Positions 1-13,851 of a stretch of 64,000 nt of DNA are shown here, one piece after another; the first letter of the stretch is position 1; each line of letters opens with the position of its first letter. Origin of the DNA: Azolla caroliniana (taxonomy: Eukaryota > Plantae > Polypodiophyta); the NCBI GenBank assembly GCA_043228905.1, contig JBHGNT010000017.1, forward strand, positions 17,794,001 to 17,858,000, given 5' to 3'. A model generated the notes under the pieces. The model was given only the letters and a program-made list of their open reading frames with translations, was not told where the DNA came from and made no database searches. A program made the translations under genes and the position numbers.

Positions 1-2423
1 CATTTGTCCCATGTCATGAAACATTGGCATTGCAAAAAGGCCTCATTTACAGAGGAATCTAATGATGCATCATGAAGCAAGTGTCTCGCATCCCATCTAC
101 CAAACCATTTTACTATATCTTGCATCCAATTGGAACACAAAATTTTGCTTTTATGCTTCTTTTGGATCTTTTTGCTTGCTTCCCATGCTATTCTAGGAAG
201 TCAATGTGAGGGACTTTTTTGAACCTTAAGCATGTATTCAACAACCCTTTCCATGGCCATGATCTCAATGGGAAGCGATCCCGTCTCAAGGAGGAGGAGG
301 GTGTAGGGCGTTTGTTTCTTCACTTGTAGAAACTTAGTAAGAAAATGTTTTTGGACATTTTCAAACTCTTTCCACATAGATTTAAGGATGCTACCACCCC
401 ATACTTCCACCCCATACAGAAGAACTGGTGTCACCAAAGTGTTGAAAAGATATTTCTTGAGGACCCAACACTTAATATCTCCAAGATTGCATGTGTTCTC
501 AAATGCATAGTATGCTTGTTTACCCGCCTCTAAGTGACGTGTAGCACAATCATTCCCTCTATGATTTGAAGGAACTTCAAACTTTAAGATATTTGAAGCT
601 TTCCACACATTCAAGTGGCTCATTGTTGTACATAATGCATGGTTTATCTCTTTTTTGGATCTTCACAAGCATAATCTTTGTTTTAGAGCTATTGACACTT
701 AATTTAGTATGCATGCAAATTTTTTCCAATGCCTTCATAAGCTATTGTGCATCTCCTAAATTATTTACAAAAAGCATTAAATCATCTGCCTATAGCAAAA
801 GCATAATCACAACATTCCCAATGGCAACTTCTTCAACACATTCTTCCTGTGCAAACTTGGTAACCATTTCTTCCAATTCATCAATGCATAGACCAAATAG
901 TGTTGGTGAGAGTGGGAATCCTTGCTTAACACCAATAATTCTTTTGAAAAAATCTAAAAGTTTATCTCTCATGCGCACACAACATATAACCTTCTCATAA
1001 ATTTGGGAAATTGCAAGCATATATATTCACTTGGCACCTCAAGTTCTTCCATTTGTCTCCAAAGATGCTCACGAGGTACCATATAGAAAGCTTTCTTGAA
1101 GTCTACAAAGCAACAATATAAACCTTTACCTCTAAGGCGACTTTCCTCCATTAATACTCGAAGGGTGACAAGGTGATCAATGGTGCTATGGTGTTTTCAA
1201 AAGCCAACTTGTCCATAAGCTCTCTTACCATTTTTTTCAACCCATACACTTATCTTTGATTCCATTATACATCCAAATAATTTTGCCATTATTGAGCCAA
1301 TCATGATGGTTCGATAGTTGTTTACATTATTTACATCTCCACCTTTATGTAATGGTTTGATCCAATTTGTAGTCCAATCGTACGGCATACCATGTTGCAA
1401 TGCATCATTAAACATATCGCTTATCCATACATGTGCTTCTTTTCCCGTCCATTTGAGCATTTCAGCCTTTATACATTGAAGATCGCTCGCCTTTCGAGAG
1501 GCCAATTTCTTAAGTCCTATGCATATATCTTCAATTGTAAAGATGGGAGACATATGTGAAAGAGAACCATAACAAATCATCTTTCCGGCAAGAGATAACT
1601 CATATAAATTCTTACAATGCATAGACAAGTCGTGAAGAGTTAAGTCACCATAACTCTCAACACATTTCCCCTTTAGATTTCCCCAAAATTTGGCACATGC
1701 ATGTGCTTTCTCTTGCGTTTGGATAAATTGTTGAGTAACTTCCCATATTCTTCTCTTTCCTTGAATAAGCCTTTTATACTCATGCAAATGCTTTTGGTAA
1801 TTCTCTTTATCCTTAACTACATTCAAAACAATAAGGCACTTTCGAGCTTCACGACATTCTTTATCAAACCAGTTTTTCCTAAGTTTCTTGGTGCATTTCC
1901 AAGATGTGCAGTCAGTCAAAAAACATTTGTTTGTACAAGAGAGAATGACTTTCTTGAAAGCTTCCCATTTGCATTCTAGTGTGGCACCATGTTGTATCTT
2001 TGTCCTTTGTAACATATCCTCAACCATCTTGGAATACATGGGCGCTCGTTTAAGGTTCATGCTCAAGTGCGGTTGTTTATTATCTTCAATAGCCTTCTGA
2101 AAATCAAACCTATGCATACATTTGAGATCAATACATAAAGGTCTATGATCGGATTTTGGTGTCCATTCACCAAGTGAGAATTTATGTATATGATCCAAAA
2201 TACCTTCAGAAAGTAGCACATAGACAATCACACTATTTCCGTTATGTTTTCTATATGTAAAAGCATTAGTGTTGGGCCATAAGGAAATACCATTTGCAAT
2301 AAGCAATCCGGTACTATTGCACATTTGTAGGAGTAACTTCCCAAATTGGTCCAGATCTTTTTCATCGCAAGAAGAGCGGCTATACATTTGCATATCCTCT
2401 TGCATCCTTGAGATACGTGGCAT
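1..2423 (-). mobile_element. Degenerate RTE-type LINE (APE endonuclease C-terminus + reverse transcriptase)
   Basis: ORF fragments carry SDHRPL (EN end), PLHKGGD..NNYRTI, CFVDFKKAF, GVKQG.PLSPTLF and LLYGVEVWG, interrupted by stops and frameshifts; 5'-truncated. Confidence 0.85.
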
Positions 2424-2550
2424 GAAACTTTTAATTAAAACCTAAATATACCTACAAACCTAAAGACATGGTGAGAAAGAAAGAGGGAGGGAGAGAGGCT
2501 TAGTTAAATTTAATTATTAATTAAAAACAACTACATACTACTAGCATGTT

Positions 2551-2921
2551 ATGAGAGAGAGAGAGAGAGATTAAAAATAAGTCTAATTATCATTAAGATT
2601 AGAAGAACTACATGGGGATTGGTATGTTCAAGTGCAAACTAGTTTCACCCCTAAGGGGGCTCATTAGTGCTAAATGACCATGTGGGGTGTAGGATAGTTT
2701 ATATAAGGAGAGTAGGAGAGAGAGAGAGAGAGAGAGAGAGAGGTTTTAATGGGAGTTAGTGGAATCATGGGTAGTGGTGGTGGTAAGGTTTTCAAGAATG
2801 ATTATGGAAGTAGGGGGAAGGATATTTTAGTGATTATAAAAAGCTAGGGGGTGTGAGGGAGGAAAAAAGAGGGTATTAAGAGGGGTGGAGAGAGAAAGGG
2901 AGGAGTATTAAGAGGGGTGGA
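2551..2921. repeat. (GA)n microsatellites and purine-rich low-complexity DNA with a short direct repeat (GTATTAAGAGGGGTGGA x2)
   Basis: GA runs at ~2553-2570 and ~2717-2742; the direct repeat is at ~2873 and ~2905. Confidence 0.7.
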
Positions 2922-3329
2922 CCCGCACTCCATGTTCGTCGAAAGGAAACGATGTGAAACCCTACCACCTTGGCAACTCAAGCCATGAGTTTTGTGGTTG
3001 TTTGGATGCTTTAAGCATTGCTAGTTAAGTGTGCTCAAGCCAGAGCAGTACTGGGATGGGTGAAGTTGGATATCTTTCCAACCATTCTTGCAGTGTTGCA
3101 AGAGCATGACGCAGGTTGGCAATTTCTGAATTGCAACGATAAACAGATGTTGAAACTAATTTTGTGAAGAGAATCTTGTATTAAGTATGGCATGAACCAT
3201 ATTATTAAGCAGACAGTCATCCGAGAAGTTGTAATTCAATCATATTTGAGTGATTGACATCCGATGACTATCGTCAGATAGCAATGAAGGAGGAATACGG
3301 ATCTGCTTAGAATATCACCTCTTAGTATA

Positions 3330-5735
3330 TGTAACATTTAACTTCAGAGGGTCATGGTCAGAGATAGAGGATTCTGGAATAATTCCTAGGGATCCACCCC
3401 CATCCCCAAGAAAAGCTACTAACATAAAATCTATCTAGTCGAAACAAATTTGCAACAACCACACTCCCATATGATTTAGAAAACTAAAGGGATCCTTGTC
3501 TACGTGAAAAGGAAAGCAACTTCCATAAATCAAGCAAACCAAAGGTAAAACAGAAAGAGTCCCAACACTTTAAGGTTCCCATCCTAAAATTGTAGTAGTT
3601 GTACCTCCCACTTTATCAACAACATCCTCAATCATATTAAAATCTCCTCCCACCAACCAACAATCCGCTAAACACACATAATCAGAAAGAGACAGCCATA
3701 AACCTGCCCTCTCAGACGTAGAATTAGGGGCATAGAGATTCAAGAGGCCAACCTTCTGGGATCCTATTTTTACAATAATGAACTGTGCTTGTTTATTCAT
3801 AATAGTACTTGTTGACATGATAATAAATTGCCAATGTTGTCTAAGAGCAATGCATAATCCAGCCTGGCTGCCATTAGCGCCAAAGGCAAGAACCCAGAAA
3901 TGAATCCACCTTCTTGGTAAAATGGGGCCATACTTCCGAATCCTATCCATGCACAAGTGATGCTCTTGTAGAAAACAAATATGAATAATACCAACATTAG
4001 AAGTACCTAAATCTGAGCATAAGAGTACTTTAAATCTGCGAAAAGCCTAAATACCTAGGCCTTGCACATTCCAGGAAAGAAGATGTAAGGTGTCCATATT
4101 ACATAGGTTTTAGTGATGTCTTTTTCTCAAGAAGAGCATCCTGACGGCCTTTCTAGGCATCCTCCAGAGCTCTCGCTTGTCTCTTTAAAAGCAAATCCTT
4201 CCCTACATAATTATGCACCCTATGTTCCTTAACGAGCTTTGGGGAGCTTTGAGTAGTCAAAGGATCTTGTGAAACTGTGAATTGAAATCCAACACTAGGG
4301 AGTTTATCTACACCCTTAGCCATTTCAACACCCATAATATCTGGTTGACCAGAAATAATCGAAAGGAAGCAATTTACCAAAGACATTAAACTGCTGATTT
4401 GCATCAATTCCCATATTAACACTTTGAGGCATTTCCACATCCGTAGTATCTTGTTGAGTAGAAGCAACCTTTCCTTTTAATTTATCAGAAGAAGCCAAAT
4501 TAACAGATGCGATCAACTACTGATTCTCAACAATTTTCAAGGGTAGCTGGCCTACTACCAAATTCGGAAAGGACTTAGGGAACTGAGTAGAATACAGGTT
4601 TGTCTTTTGTGAGGAAGAACCTGAATTGAGTCTCTATTGAGGAAGGTAGGATGATGATTGATCCAAAGTATTCAACTTGTGTGAACAATCCTCTTCTACA
4701 TGGAGAGCAGTATACCTATTTTGTAAGGGAGGAAATTCCTTCAGAGTATTAATTGTCACATGTTGAGGCTTGTTAGGAGATGCATGTGAAGATGTCTTCT
4801 TATGCCCCACCTCAATCCAACCATAAGATCTATCCTGATATGGAACTATTATAGTCATGTTAGGTATATGCTTGTCATTATCTTTAGTAAGTTTTAGGCA
4901 ATTTTTTGCCAAATGGCCAAATCCAAAACAACAAAAACATTGATTCAGCAAGCCCCTATACAAGATTTTCTGAGAATAAGATGCTTGCCTTGGGTCAAGT
5001 AGATTGGGCAACAAGATATTTGAGGGTAGAATTGCGGACTTAGAAATCAAAAGTTTTGCATATGCAGCACCCATATACTTATCTTCGATTTAAGGGGGCT
5101 TATTGTAAGTTTCCAAAATGTACCAATAATGCCATCAATCAGATGCACAAAAGGCACCCATTCTTTACGCAAATTAGGAAACACCACCACACATGTATGA
5201 TATACATCTAAATCATGAAGTACCTTATTTGTCTCTTGATTACCACTGCTTTCTTCTCTAATAAGATCAGTATCATGCATTCCATCTCGAACTCCACCTG
5301 ATACTAATTTCGACCAATCATCTATATATTCGTAATGTTGTCAACATCTTGTTTCAAAGCGTTTTGCAACAATAAACGAAGATCATCACGCCTAGGACGA
5401 ATGCCCAAAACATACGCAATGACAGTCCTAATCTTTAGACGTTGAATCTCTCTTATGATCTGTGTTCGATACTGGTCCGACAACAAAAGCTCTACGACAT
5501 TGTCCGAAATAGGTGGGATGTTCGGGTTAGCTGCACGGGAGCCTTGCTTAGAATGTTTGCGATGACGCAGCAACTGCTCCTGATTCACAGTTGTATCGAT
5601 GAAGATCAAAGTGATGCAAGACTGGTCATGGCAACTAAGCTGGTTGCGGTAAGCAGGCTGATGGAAGCAATTGGCTTGTTCACAACTACGGTGGCAGATG
5701 CGCCAACCCCTAAAAAGGGACATTAAAAGAGGCAC
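3330..5735 (-). mobile_element. Degenerate L1-type LINE: ORF1 (zinc knuckle) and ORF2 endonuclease, 3'-truncated
   Basis: ORF1 pieces contain CFCCFGFGHLAKNC. ORF2 starts near 4097 (MDTLHLLSWNVQGL) and has NLYAPN, WLVGGDFN and SDHDPL endonuclease motifs; no RT follows. Confidence 0.85.
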
Positions 5736-6005
5736 TTGACACTAATAAATTTTCATAATAATGTAAAAGTATTCATTTTATTTTTAATAAATAAATAAAA
5801 TAAAATAAAGGGTCATTAATTCCTCACATTTTATTCTCTTAAAATTTATGGATATTTTTATCTTGACATTAAAAATTGGACTTCACTCTACTCATATTTC
5901 TATAATAAATATAAAATTACTCGTTTTTTTAAAAATTAATTAATTAAAATAAAGGTTCATAAACTTCCCCCTTTTTTATTTGACATTATAAAGGAGAATT
6001 AATAT

Positions 6006-6145
6006 TGTTAGGTAGTGGAGCAAGAATGGGTCTGGTTAGTTAGGTGAAGCACCAAGAAGTTAAAGATGTAACTAACACGATTATAAATAGAAACAAAGGA
6101 GGTCCAATGAGGACACTTTTTGGAGTCTACTCTGAGTATGTTACA
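6006..6145 (+). repeat. 5' LTR of outer Gypsy
   Basis: Direct repeat of 27130-27269 with TG...CA ends. Confidence 0.95.
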
Positions 6146-6833
6146 TTGGTGGAGACAACGGGCTCTTGCCACGGCGTCTGAGTGTGTAGAGTACTCTAGC
6201 TGACTTCTTGACGAAGCACAGCAAGCCGACAACCGACTCTTCCCATTAGCATCCAATAATCACTGCCAGGTCACCATCCATGACACAAAGATCTCATACA
6301 CCATGCAACAACCGGAAGGGGATAACATTGTTAACATGCAACCCAAATTCATAGAACACGCACAGGTTAACCCTGCCATGGAGCAGATGTTTCAGGCAAT
6401 GTCAACAATGATGATGCAAGTAAATCATACAAACCAAACACTTATGACATGGATTACAAATTAGTCCGCTGGTGCAACGACCAACAAACAGAAAGATTCA
6501 AGAATCCACCCAAGATCCTTCTCGGGTTTTCCAACAGAAGATGTTCTAACATGGTTGGATCATTTCGACAATGTGGCGGGTTACCATGAATGGCACAACA
6601 AAAGAAAGGCGTTAGAATTGCGAACAATGTTGGAGCATGTTGCTGCCACCTGGTTCATTCAACAACCTGAGGAAATCAAACATAATTGGGCCTACTTGCG
6701 TGAGCAATTCATATAACACTTCGCAAACAACGATGTCACACAAACAACCCTCCAACAATTAAACAATCTACGTCAACAGGCGCATGAACCAGTGACACAA
6801 TTCGCCGTCAAAATGAAACAGTTGTTACTGCGT

Positions 6834-7525
6834 TGTCGTGTTGTTACGCGCGTGCATGGAGAACGAGGCGGGACCACCGGGGCCTCGAACCGAGAAATAA
6901 CCGAATGAAGGGAGGGGAAGGACTCTTACAATGTAATTCACACGTGCACAGACCCACAGAATCACAGGAATTGCAATTAGCTGCAAAACGCCAGATGGAG
7001 ACAGAACGAATGTTTATGTATATATATATATATCAAGACGTTACAGTCGGCAAGCCGGCGAGTGATTGGCTCCGACGCCTACGCGCGCATGCACACACAC
7101 ACACGCACACACAGAGAAAGCGAGATGGAGGCTCTGCCGGGAGCACTCGGGCGTCCCGCGGAACAGAGTCAGCCTCCCGAAACCTGCACAGAACGATTAT
7201 AGAGAGGACAGAGGAGAAGCGCTCAGTTCCAATCCGGCAGCACTTCGTCCTCCCAAAAAAAACGCCCCATTTCCCTCACTTCTCCCTCTCTTTTATAACC
7301 CAAGGAGGGAGACCGTTACCACTTGTTACATCATGCTTATTCCCTGTCCTTTTGGATAGGGATACGCCTCGATTTCCTCCCTAACGAACGCGTACTACCT
7401 AGGATTTTGCCTCAGGGTACTTGTACCTACCTACGTACTACACAACAAAACTTGTGCCCACGTGTAAGGGCCGGTTTACGCACGTTATACTCGGTTTCCA
7501 CCTAGGGACGGTTTTCTCCACGACA
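6834..7525 (-). repeat. 3' LTR of Gypsy element A
   Basis: Repeat of 13178-13851, adjacent to the PPT. Confidence 0.95.
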
Positions 7526-10500
7526 TCCACCCCCACCTAACCGCGCATCCACCGGTATGCGCCAAAATTAGACTCCTGCCGGAGAAGATCGGCCCACGCT
7601 TATCCTTCGTCTTCCAGATCGGCATCCATTCCGAGCCAATCGTTGTCGCTATCCAGGTCGCCTGGGTCTGGTTCAGCCTCGTGCCGCTTTTTGAAGGCTT
7701 TGATCCTTTTCCCCGCTACCGGTACCGCCATCCTTGTCCCGTCGAGCTCTGCGAGATGGTAGGTCCCATTGTCGTTGGCTCTCATCACCGCATAAGGCCC
7801 GAACCACCTTCTTGCAAACTTCCGCGTTGCCCGGTGCTAGTTGTCGAGGCTGCTTTCATACACTAGAACCCAGTCGCCTTCCTCGATCTTCTTCGGTCTT
7901 AGTCGATGAGTCCGGTCGAACCGTCCTTTATCCTTTACCCTCGCCACCCGTAGCTTCTCCGTGCCTCGGTCCACGTCCTCCGGTCTTCGTTCCAGCTGCC
8001 CAATCCATGCTGCTAACAGCTCCTCCCGACTCATCTCGTTGTTCCAGTCCACCATGCCCATGAGGAGATTGTCTACTCCGTTGGCATGATCGGCTTCTAC
8101 CCGTACATCAGCTCTGCCGGCACGAACCCGATTACCGAACTGTGCGTAGTTCAGTCCGCCCACAACGCGTAGGGTAAGAGCCGTGGCCAGCTCCCGACTT
8201 GGCCTCCACACGCCCATACTAACGCTTTGAGAATCGGCCCGTGTCCGCGCTCCACATTCCCGTTAGCCTCCGGATTGTACGTCGTGGTGAGCGAGAGATT
8301 AATTCCTAGCCGACCAAACAGCTCTTCCGCCTCTTGCGCGTCCAATTCCCCGCGGTCGGCCACAATCTTTCCTACGCACCCGTACCGGCACAACACTTCT
8401 TCAATTAGAAATCGGCACACGGCCACAGTCGTTTTGCTCTGCAATGCTCGGCCTTCCACCTGGTTCGTCAGGTCCTCCCGAGCCAGCACCAGATACTGCA
8501 TCTGCCCTACCCCCATCGGCATCGTCACCAGATCCACCATCCACTTGAAGTGGACGGTCGGAGGGTAGGTCGGGTGAAGCTCGTCCCAATGTCGGACTAT
8601 GGAGTGCACTTGACAGCTTTTGCAAGTCGTTACGAACCAATGCACGTCCCGGTATAGCCCCAGCCACCAATACTTCCCCCTTAGCTTCTCGAATGTGGCC
8701 CACATCCCGCGGTGTCCGGCCTAGGGACTCTCGTGGTACGCCGTCAACAATTCTTCCTGTTCCTCTTTCTTCACCACCACTCGGAGTGAGATGTCGTTTC
8801 TCTTCTTCGGGTGTTTCCATATGCTCTCGTCCCGTAGGAAGAATCGGTACGCTTTCTTCCGAATCCGGTTGGCCTCTTCCTTCGTCCACGTCGCGTCCGG
8901 TATCATTGTCTTCAGGAACCCGCCGATCTGGAGCCACTCCCCGCTGTACTTGCTCTGTTCGAATTCATTAAGCGCCGGAGTGCTCCCCTTTCTTGTTGTT
9001 ATATTAGCTAACCCGAAGAAGTCCTCGCCGACCTCTTCGTTATCCGAAACCATGCCATCCTCGTCATTGAACCTCACCCTTGAAAGCATGTTGGCCATGG
9101 CGTTATCCTTTCCGAAGATGTGTCGTATCTCCGGGTTTAGGTACTTGATGTACGTGATCCACCTGAGCATCGCCAGGTCCGGAGTCGCGCATCTGGAAAC
9201 CATACCCAGAATCGGTAGGCAGTCTGTCTCGATGATCACTTCCGTCCCGATCAAATAGTCCTTGTCGGCCTTAACTGCCGAAACGATACCCCATAGCTCG
9301 CGCTTGATTTGGGCGTATCCTCACTGCCGCTCACTCAATACCTTTGCCCCGAGCCGGATCGGGAACCGTACGCCATCTTCGTCTTCCTGATTGATCACCC
9401 ACCCGATCCCGTTCGGGCTCATGTCCACCGTTACGTAAATGGGGACTTCCTTACCGTAAACCACTTTCCGGAGAGCCGGTGCCGGAGCAAGCACCTCCTT
9501 CAGCCTCCGGACCGACTCCGTGTGCTCTGCCCTCCACTCGAACCTACGCCCTTTCTTCAATAGCCCGTAGAGCGGAATCCAAATGTGGTAGAACGCGCAC
9601 GCACCCAAGAATCTGCGGACCCCCGTAACCGACCCGCAATCGTCCTTCATCACGGAGATGGCTTCTACCTTTGCCGGGGACGATTTCCGGCCATAGGGCC
9701 CGCATAGGTGTCCGACTGCTAGGATCTCCGACTGTCCGAATGCTGATTTTTCTCCGGAGAGGGTGAGCCGCGCGCTCCCGAGTCTTTGTAGCACTTTCTC
9801 GCAATCGCGGATGTGATCCGTCACGAACCTCCGGCAACCGTTGGCCCCGACCGACTCGTCCTTGTCCTCCACCGGACATCCTTTGATGGGGATGTTGTCC
9901 AGAAACGGCATGGTGATGTCCGGGATGCAGTCCCTCAACACCTTGTTCATCGCATTCACCATGTGTGCCACCGAGTTTGTTCCTCCTTACGGCAAGGTAC
10001 ACATCCGAACTAGGCCGAGAGGAGTCCGCATCGTCGTGACATCCCTGCTCTCTACGGCTAGCTGGAACTGATTGTAGCCTGAGTACAGGTCCCCGACCGA
10101 GTAGATTGACCTCCCTACGAAAGCCTCCGCGAACTCATCGATGGTCGGTCCGATACCTGCGTTTCGAATGGTCGCCTTGTTGACCGGCTTTAGGTCCTGT
10201 ATGAAGCGCAGTGTGCCGTTCTTCTTCGGCACGGTAAACCACCGATTCGAATATGGGGCATTCGACGACTTGAGGATGCCCATCTCCATCTTCTATTTCA
10301 GCAACTCCATCAGCTTCGGGATGTGAGCTTTGGGTACCGGAATCGGTTTGAGACTCCATGGCACATGCGGTACCGTGAAGATCACCATTGGTTCCACAAC
10401 CTTCGGGTCCACGCACCCGATCTCCTCCGGTGAGAATGCGAAAACCTTCCCGGGCCTCCCGAGCATTCTCCGAAACCTGTCTCCTTCCGCCGGCAATAGA

Positions 10501-11003
10501 AAACCATCCCCACCGATCTTGAGCTCCCGTAGCGTTATGTCGGTTAACGCGTGTCCCATGCTGGCCGGATCTCGTAAACTTGGGTATGACGCGACCCCCT
10601 TTATCTGTAACTCGCTGCCCTCCGGCAAGGGTGCCGCAACTGGCCTCACCTTCCGGTCCACGGTCTTGTACTTCGTACCCACTGGGGCCATCCGATCCGA
10701 CTCGAGTCCACTACCGAAGTCGGCGATGATTTCGTACATCTTTTCCGAACATACCGGAATCGTCCGGTCCTCATTAAGGCCTTCTCCGAACACCTCCCGT
10801 AACTTCCCCAAGGTGTCATCGAAAGAGACCGCCTCCACGGCTCCATTGATTTCCTCTTCAGGGCCAAGGACTCCCCATGCCCGAAGTCGCTCCTCCGCCC
10901 GCTTCTTTTCCCGGCCAACTACACCGGCTATTGTACAACCTTCGCTATTGGAGAACCAAAATTTTCTACCTATGGTATAGGTTTTTTCGCCTATAGAACA
11001 TCT

Positions 11004-11069
11004 ATGGGGTTTTTTCGGGGTCTCCGGACCATCGCGGCCCCATGCCTTGATAGCCCTCTCTAAAAATCC
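11004..11069 (-). promoter_or_regulatory. Putative -1 programmed ribosomal frameshift signal (G GAU UUU + 6-nt spacer + pseudoknot), element A
   Basis: GGATTTTTAG sits at the end of the protease region; the -1 frame is open into RT; stem GGGCUAUC/GAUGGUCC with loop UGGGG and a downstream CCCCA. Confidence 0.75.
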
Positions 11070-13177
11070 CCTCAGTTTTCGGCACCGAGGGTCTCGCGGT
11101 TACGCTTATGGTTCGGTCACACCGTTAGGAACTGGACCAAGTGGCGCCCATCCTGGCTCTTGACTCATGCATATGCCGAACCGTTGTCCATCACCTTTGT
11201 CTCCATGCGCGCCGCCGTGATGTATGGTTCTCCGAGTATCACCAGATGCGAGGACGTCTCCTGCACAAAGAAGTGTTGGTCGATCTCAACATTGCCGATT
11301 TTTACTCGTACATTCAGGTAGGCTCCGTGCAGCTCCTCCATGGCGCGCATTGCTGCCCGTATCTTCCACCCGTGCTTGGTGTTGATCGGCCACTTTCCCT
11401 TCTTGTAGAAGTCCATGGACATCAAGTTGATCTCCGAACCGTGGTCTACCAACACCACCACTGGCTCCTAGACATCCCCGATCTGAACAGGGGTTTCCGT
11501 AGTGACCCTAGCCCAATGTAGCCTCGAGTAGTGGCTTTCCTCCAATTCGTCTTCCAGGGCCATGTCTTCTAGGTGCATCATTTGCACCTCCACCGGCTTT
11601 TCCAGCTCCGGCTCCGTTGAAAGCCTTTTCCGCTTCACCAAGTCTACGATGGAGTCATGGAACTCCTTCTTGGCGATACCGAGCACTTCCCTTAGCGACA
11701 GCTCCACTTTGTTGTCGAGGATCCGTTCCTCCAGGACCTTTCGATCTCCTTGCTCAACCGATAACCGGCCTTTTTGGCCTTGTCCGGTGCGCCGGATGCA
11801 CCGACATCACTCTGCTTCGGCCCGAACCGGGTCTCATACAGTTGTGAGGGTTCGCTCCCCCCCCCCCCCCCCCCCCGGTCTTTCCCGCTCGCTTGTCTTC
11901 CACCAGAATCTCGTAGTTCTGGCATGCGGCTTCCACGAAGCTCGTCTTCTCCTCGACCAGGTCACTCCACCCGGTTACCTCCCGGACCAGTCTTTTCGCG
12001 CGGTTCGCTTCCTCTTTCTTCAGCCTTACGCCGGCGAGCCCTTCCAGAATCCAGCTTCTTTCGTCTTCCAGTCTTCATCGCTTCCGACCCGGATTCCAGC
12101 CGACGCTGAGTAGTGGACGGTCTCCGTGTGACGAGCCGCCGCTTCTTCCATCAACCGTTTCATACCCCCTCGTCCGACATTCAGATCTTGGGCCCTCCGG
12201 GTTTCGCTAGCATCCACCCGACCGTTCCATAGGTACACCACATTAGCTCTTATCGCTTCGGCGAAGTCCCCGCAGTCCTTTTGGGCGTGGCCGACTACAT
12301 CGCACCAGAAGCACCGGCTCCCAGCTGGAGGCCTTCGGTCACGGATTTGTTCGCCGTCGTCCCTCCGTGCTTGCGCGATCTGGAGGTCCCTCACCATCTG
12401 AGTCAGCTCCTCTAGAGACACTCCTCCGAACGAGCTTTTGACCATGTCGGTCGAAGTCGAGTCGGTCTTGAGCCAGTCGTGGGTCTCTTCCCTTCGCGTC
12501 GGTGGGGGTACCTTGACCTTCCTTGTCGCAACAGAACCCGCCCTCGTCAAGCCTTTATCGACCCACTCACGCCGCTTATCAAAACGGCCGCAGACTCTCT
12601 TTACCTTGGCACAATCGGTTGTTAGACCGTCATCGGTCTCTAGTATGAAACCCACTTGCTCCCGGTCCCTTGCATCCACCGATTTAACGAACAATAGGAC
12701 ACGACTTGTGTCCAGCACAGTCCGGTCCAGCGCCGAAAGTCGTGTGAAGCGTTCTTCAAACTCCCAAAGGAGCACCGACGCGTTCCTCCCCTTTTCGGGG
12801 GTCTCCACCCATTCCATGAAGTCCCGCTTCGACAGCCGAAGCGCGTCATGAAGCCCGTATTTTTCAAGGAGCCGACCTTCAAACTCTTCCCAGGTCCGAT
12901 TCTCAGCCCGTACCTCAAGCACCTCTGCGTGGATGCCCAACATCGCCACCCGAGGGAATCCGGCCAGTCAACTGTCCTCCGGGATGTCCCTCATCACCAT
13001 TTCGGCTCAGTAAGCCTCCAAATAGCTCGTGGCGTCCTTCCCACCGAACCGGCCTATCGTGCCAACGACCGCTTCAATAGTCCTATCGATCCACAGCCGA
13101 AGCCATGGCTTCTTCAAGATCCGACCCTCTCATCTTTCTATTCCTCTACCGCCTGTTCACGTCGGGTTCACCAAATA

Positions 13178-13851
13178 TGTCGCGTTGTTATGCGCGTGCG
13201 TGGAGAACAAGGCGGGACCACCGGGGCCTCGGACCGAGAAATAACCGAATGAAGGGAGGGGAAGGACTCTTACGATGTAATTCACACGCGCACAGACCCA
13301 CAGAATCACAGGAATTGCAATTAGCTGCAAAACGCTAGATGGAGACAGAACGAATGTTTATGTATATATATATATATCAAGACGTTACAGCCGGCAAGCC
13401 GGCGAGTGATGGGCTCCAACGCCTACGCACACACACACACAGAATGCGAGATGGAGGCTCTGCCGGGAGCACTCGAGCATCCCGCGGAACAGAGTCAGCC
13501 TCCCGGAACCTGCACAAAACGATTATAGAGAGGACAGAGGAGAAGTGCTCAGTTCCAATCCGGCAGCACTTCGTCCTCCCAAAAAAAATGCCCCATTTCC
13601 CTCACTTCTCCCTCTCTTTTATAACCCAAGGACGAAGACCGTTACCACTTGTTACATCATGTTTATTCCCTGTCCTTTCGGACAGGGATACGCCTCGATT
13701 TCCTCCCTACCGAACGTGTACTACCTAGGATTTCGCCTCAGGCTACTTGTACCTACCTACGTACTACACAACAAAACTTGTGCTCACGTGTAAGGGCCAG
13801 TTTACGCACGTTATACTCGGTTTCCGCCTAGGGACGGTTTTCTCCATGACA
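13178..13851 (-). repeat. 5' LTR of Gypsy element A
   Basis: Repeat of 6834-7525, adjacent to the tRNA-Trp PBS. Confidence 0.95.

Larger units (their letters stand above)
6834..13851 (-). mobile_element. Full-length tRNA-Trp-primed Ty3/Gypsy element (element A; gag-PR / RT-RH-INT), mutated
   Basis: LTRs at 6834-7525 and 13178-13851 (TGTC...GACA); 4-bp TSD GCGT; PBS TTCACGTCGGGTTCACCA (~13156-13173) matches the plant tRNA-Trp 3' end; PPT GGTGGGGGTGGA at 7526-7537. Gag has CFWCDVVGHAQKDC, PR has VDHGSEIN, and RT, RNase H and integrase fragments follow. Confidence 0.95.

Noticed and set aside
3205-3320. Copia RT-start-like peptide AMKEEY
   Set aside because: Too short and too degenerate to call.
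6006-6145. Outer LTR pair looks less diverged than the nested LTR pairs (age paradox)
   Set aside because: Three changes in 140 AT-rich bases is too small a sample, and CpG-rich LTRs decay faster.
7224-7240. Box B-like GTTCCAATCC in the element A LTR
   Set aside because: No box A or tRNA-like context, so it is not counted as a third Pol III cassette.
6833-7384. 183-aa ORF and its twin at 13339-13728
   Set aside because: Both lie inside LTRs, on the antisense strand and across microsatellites; the frames are not conserved between the two LTR copies.
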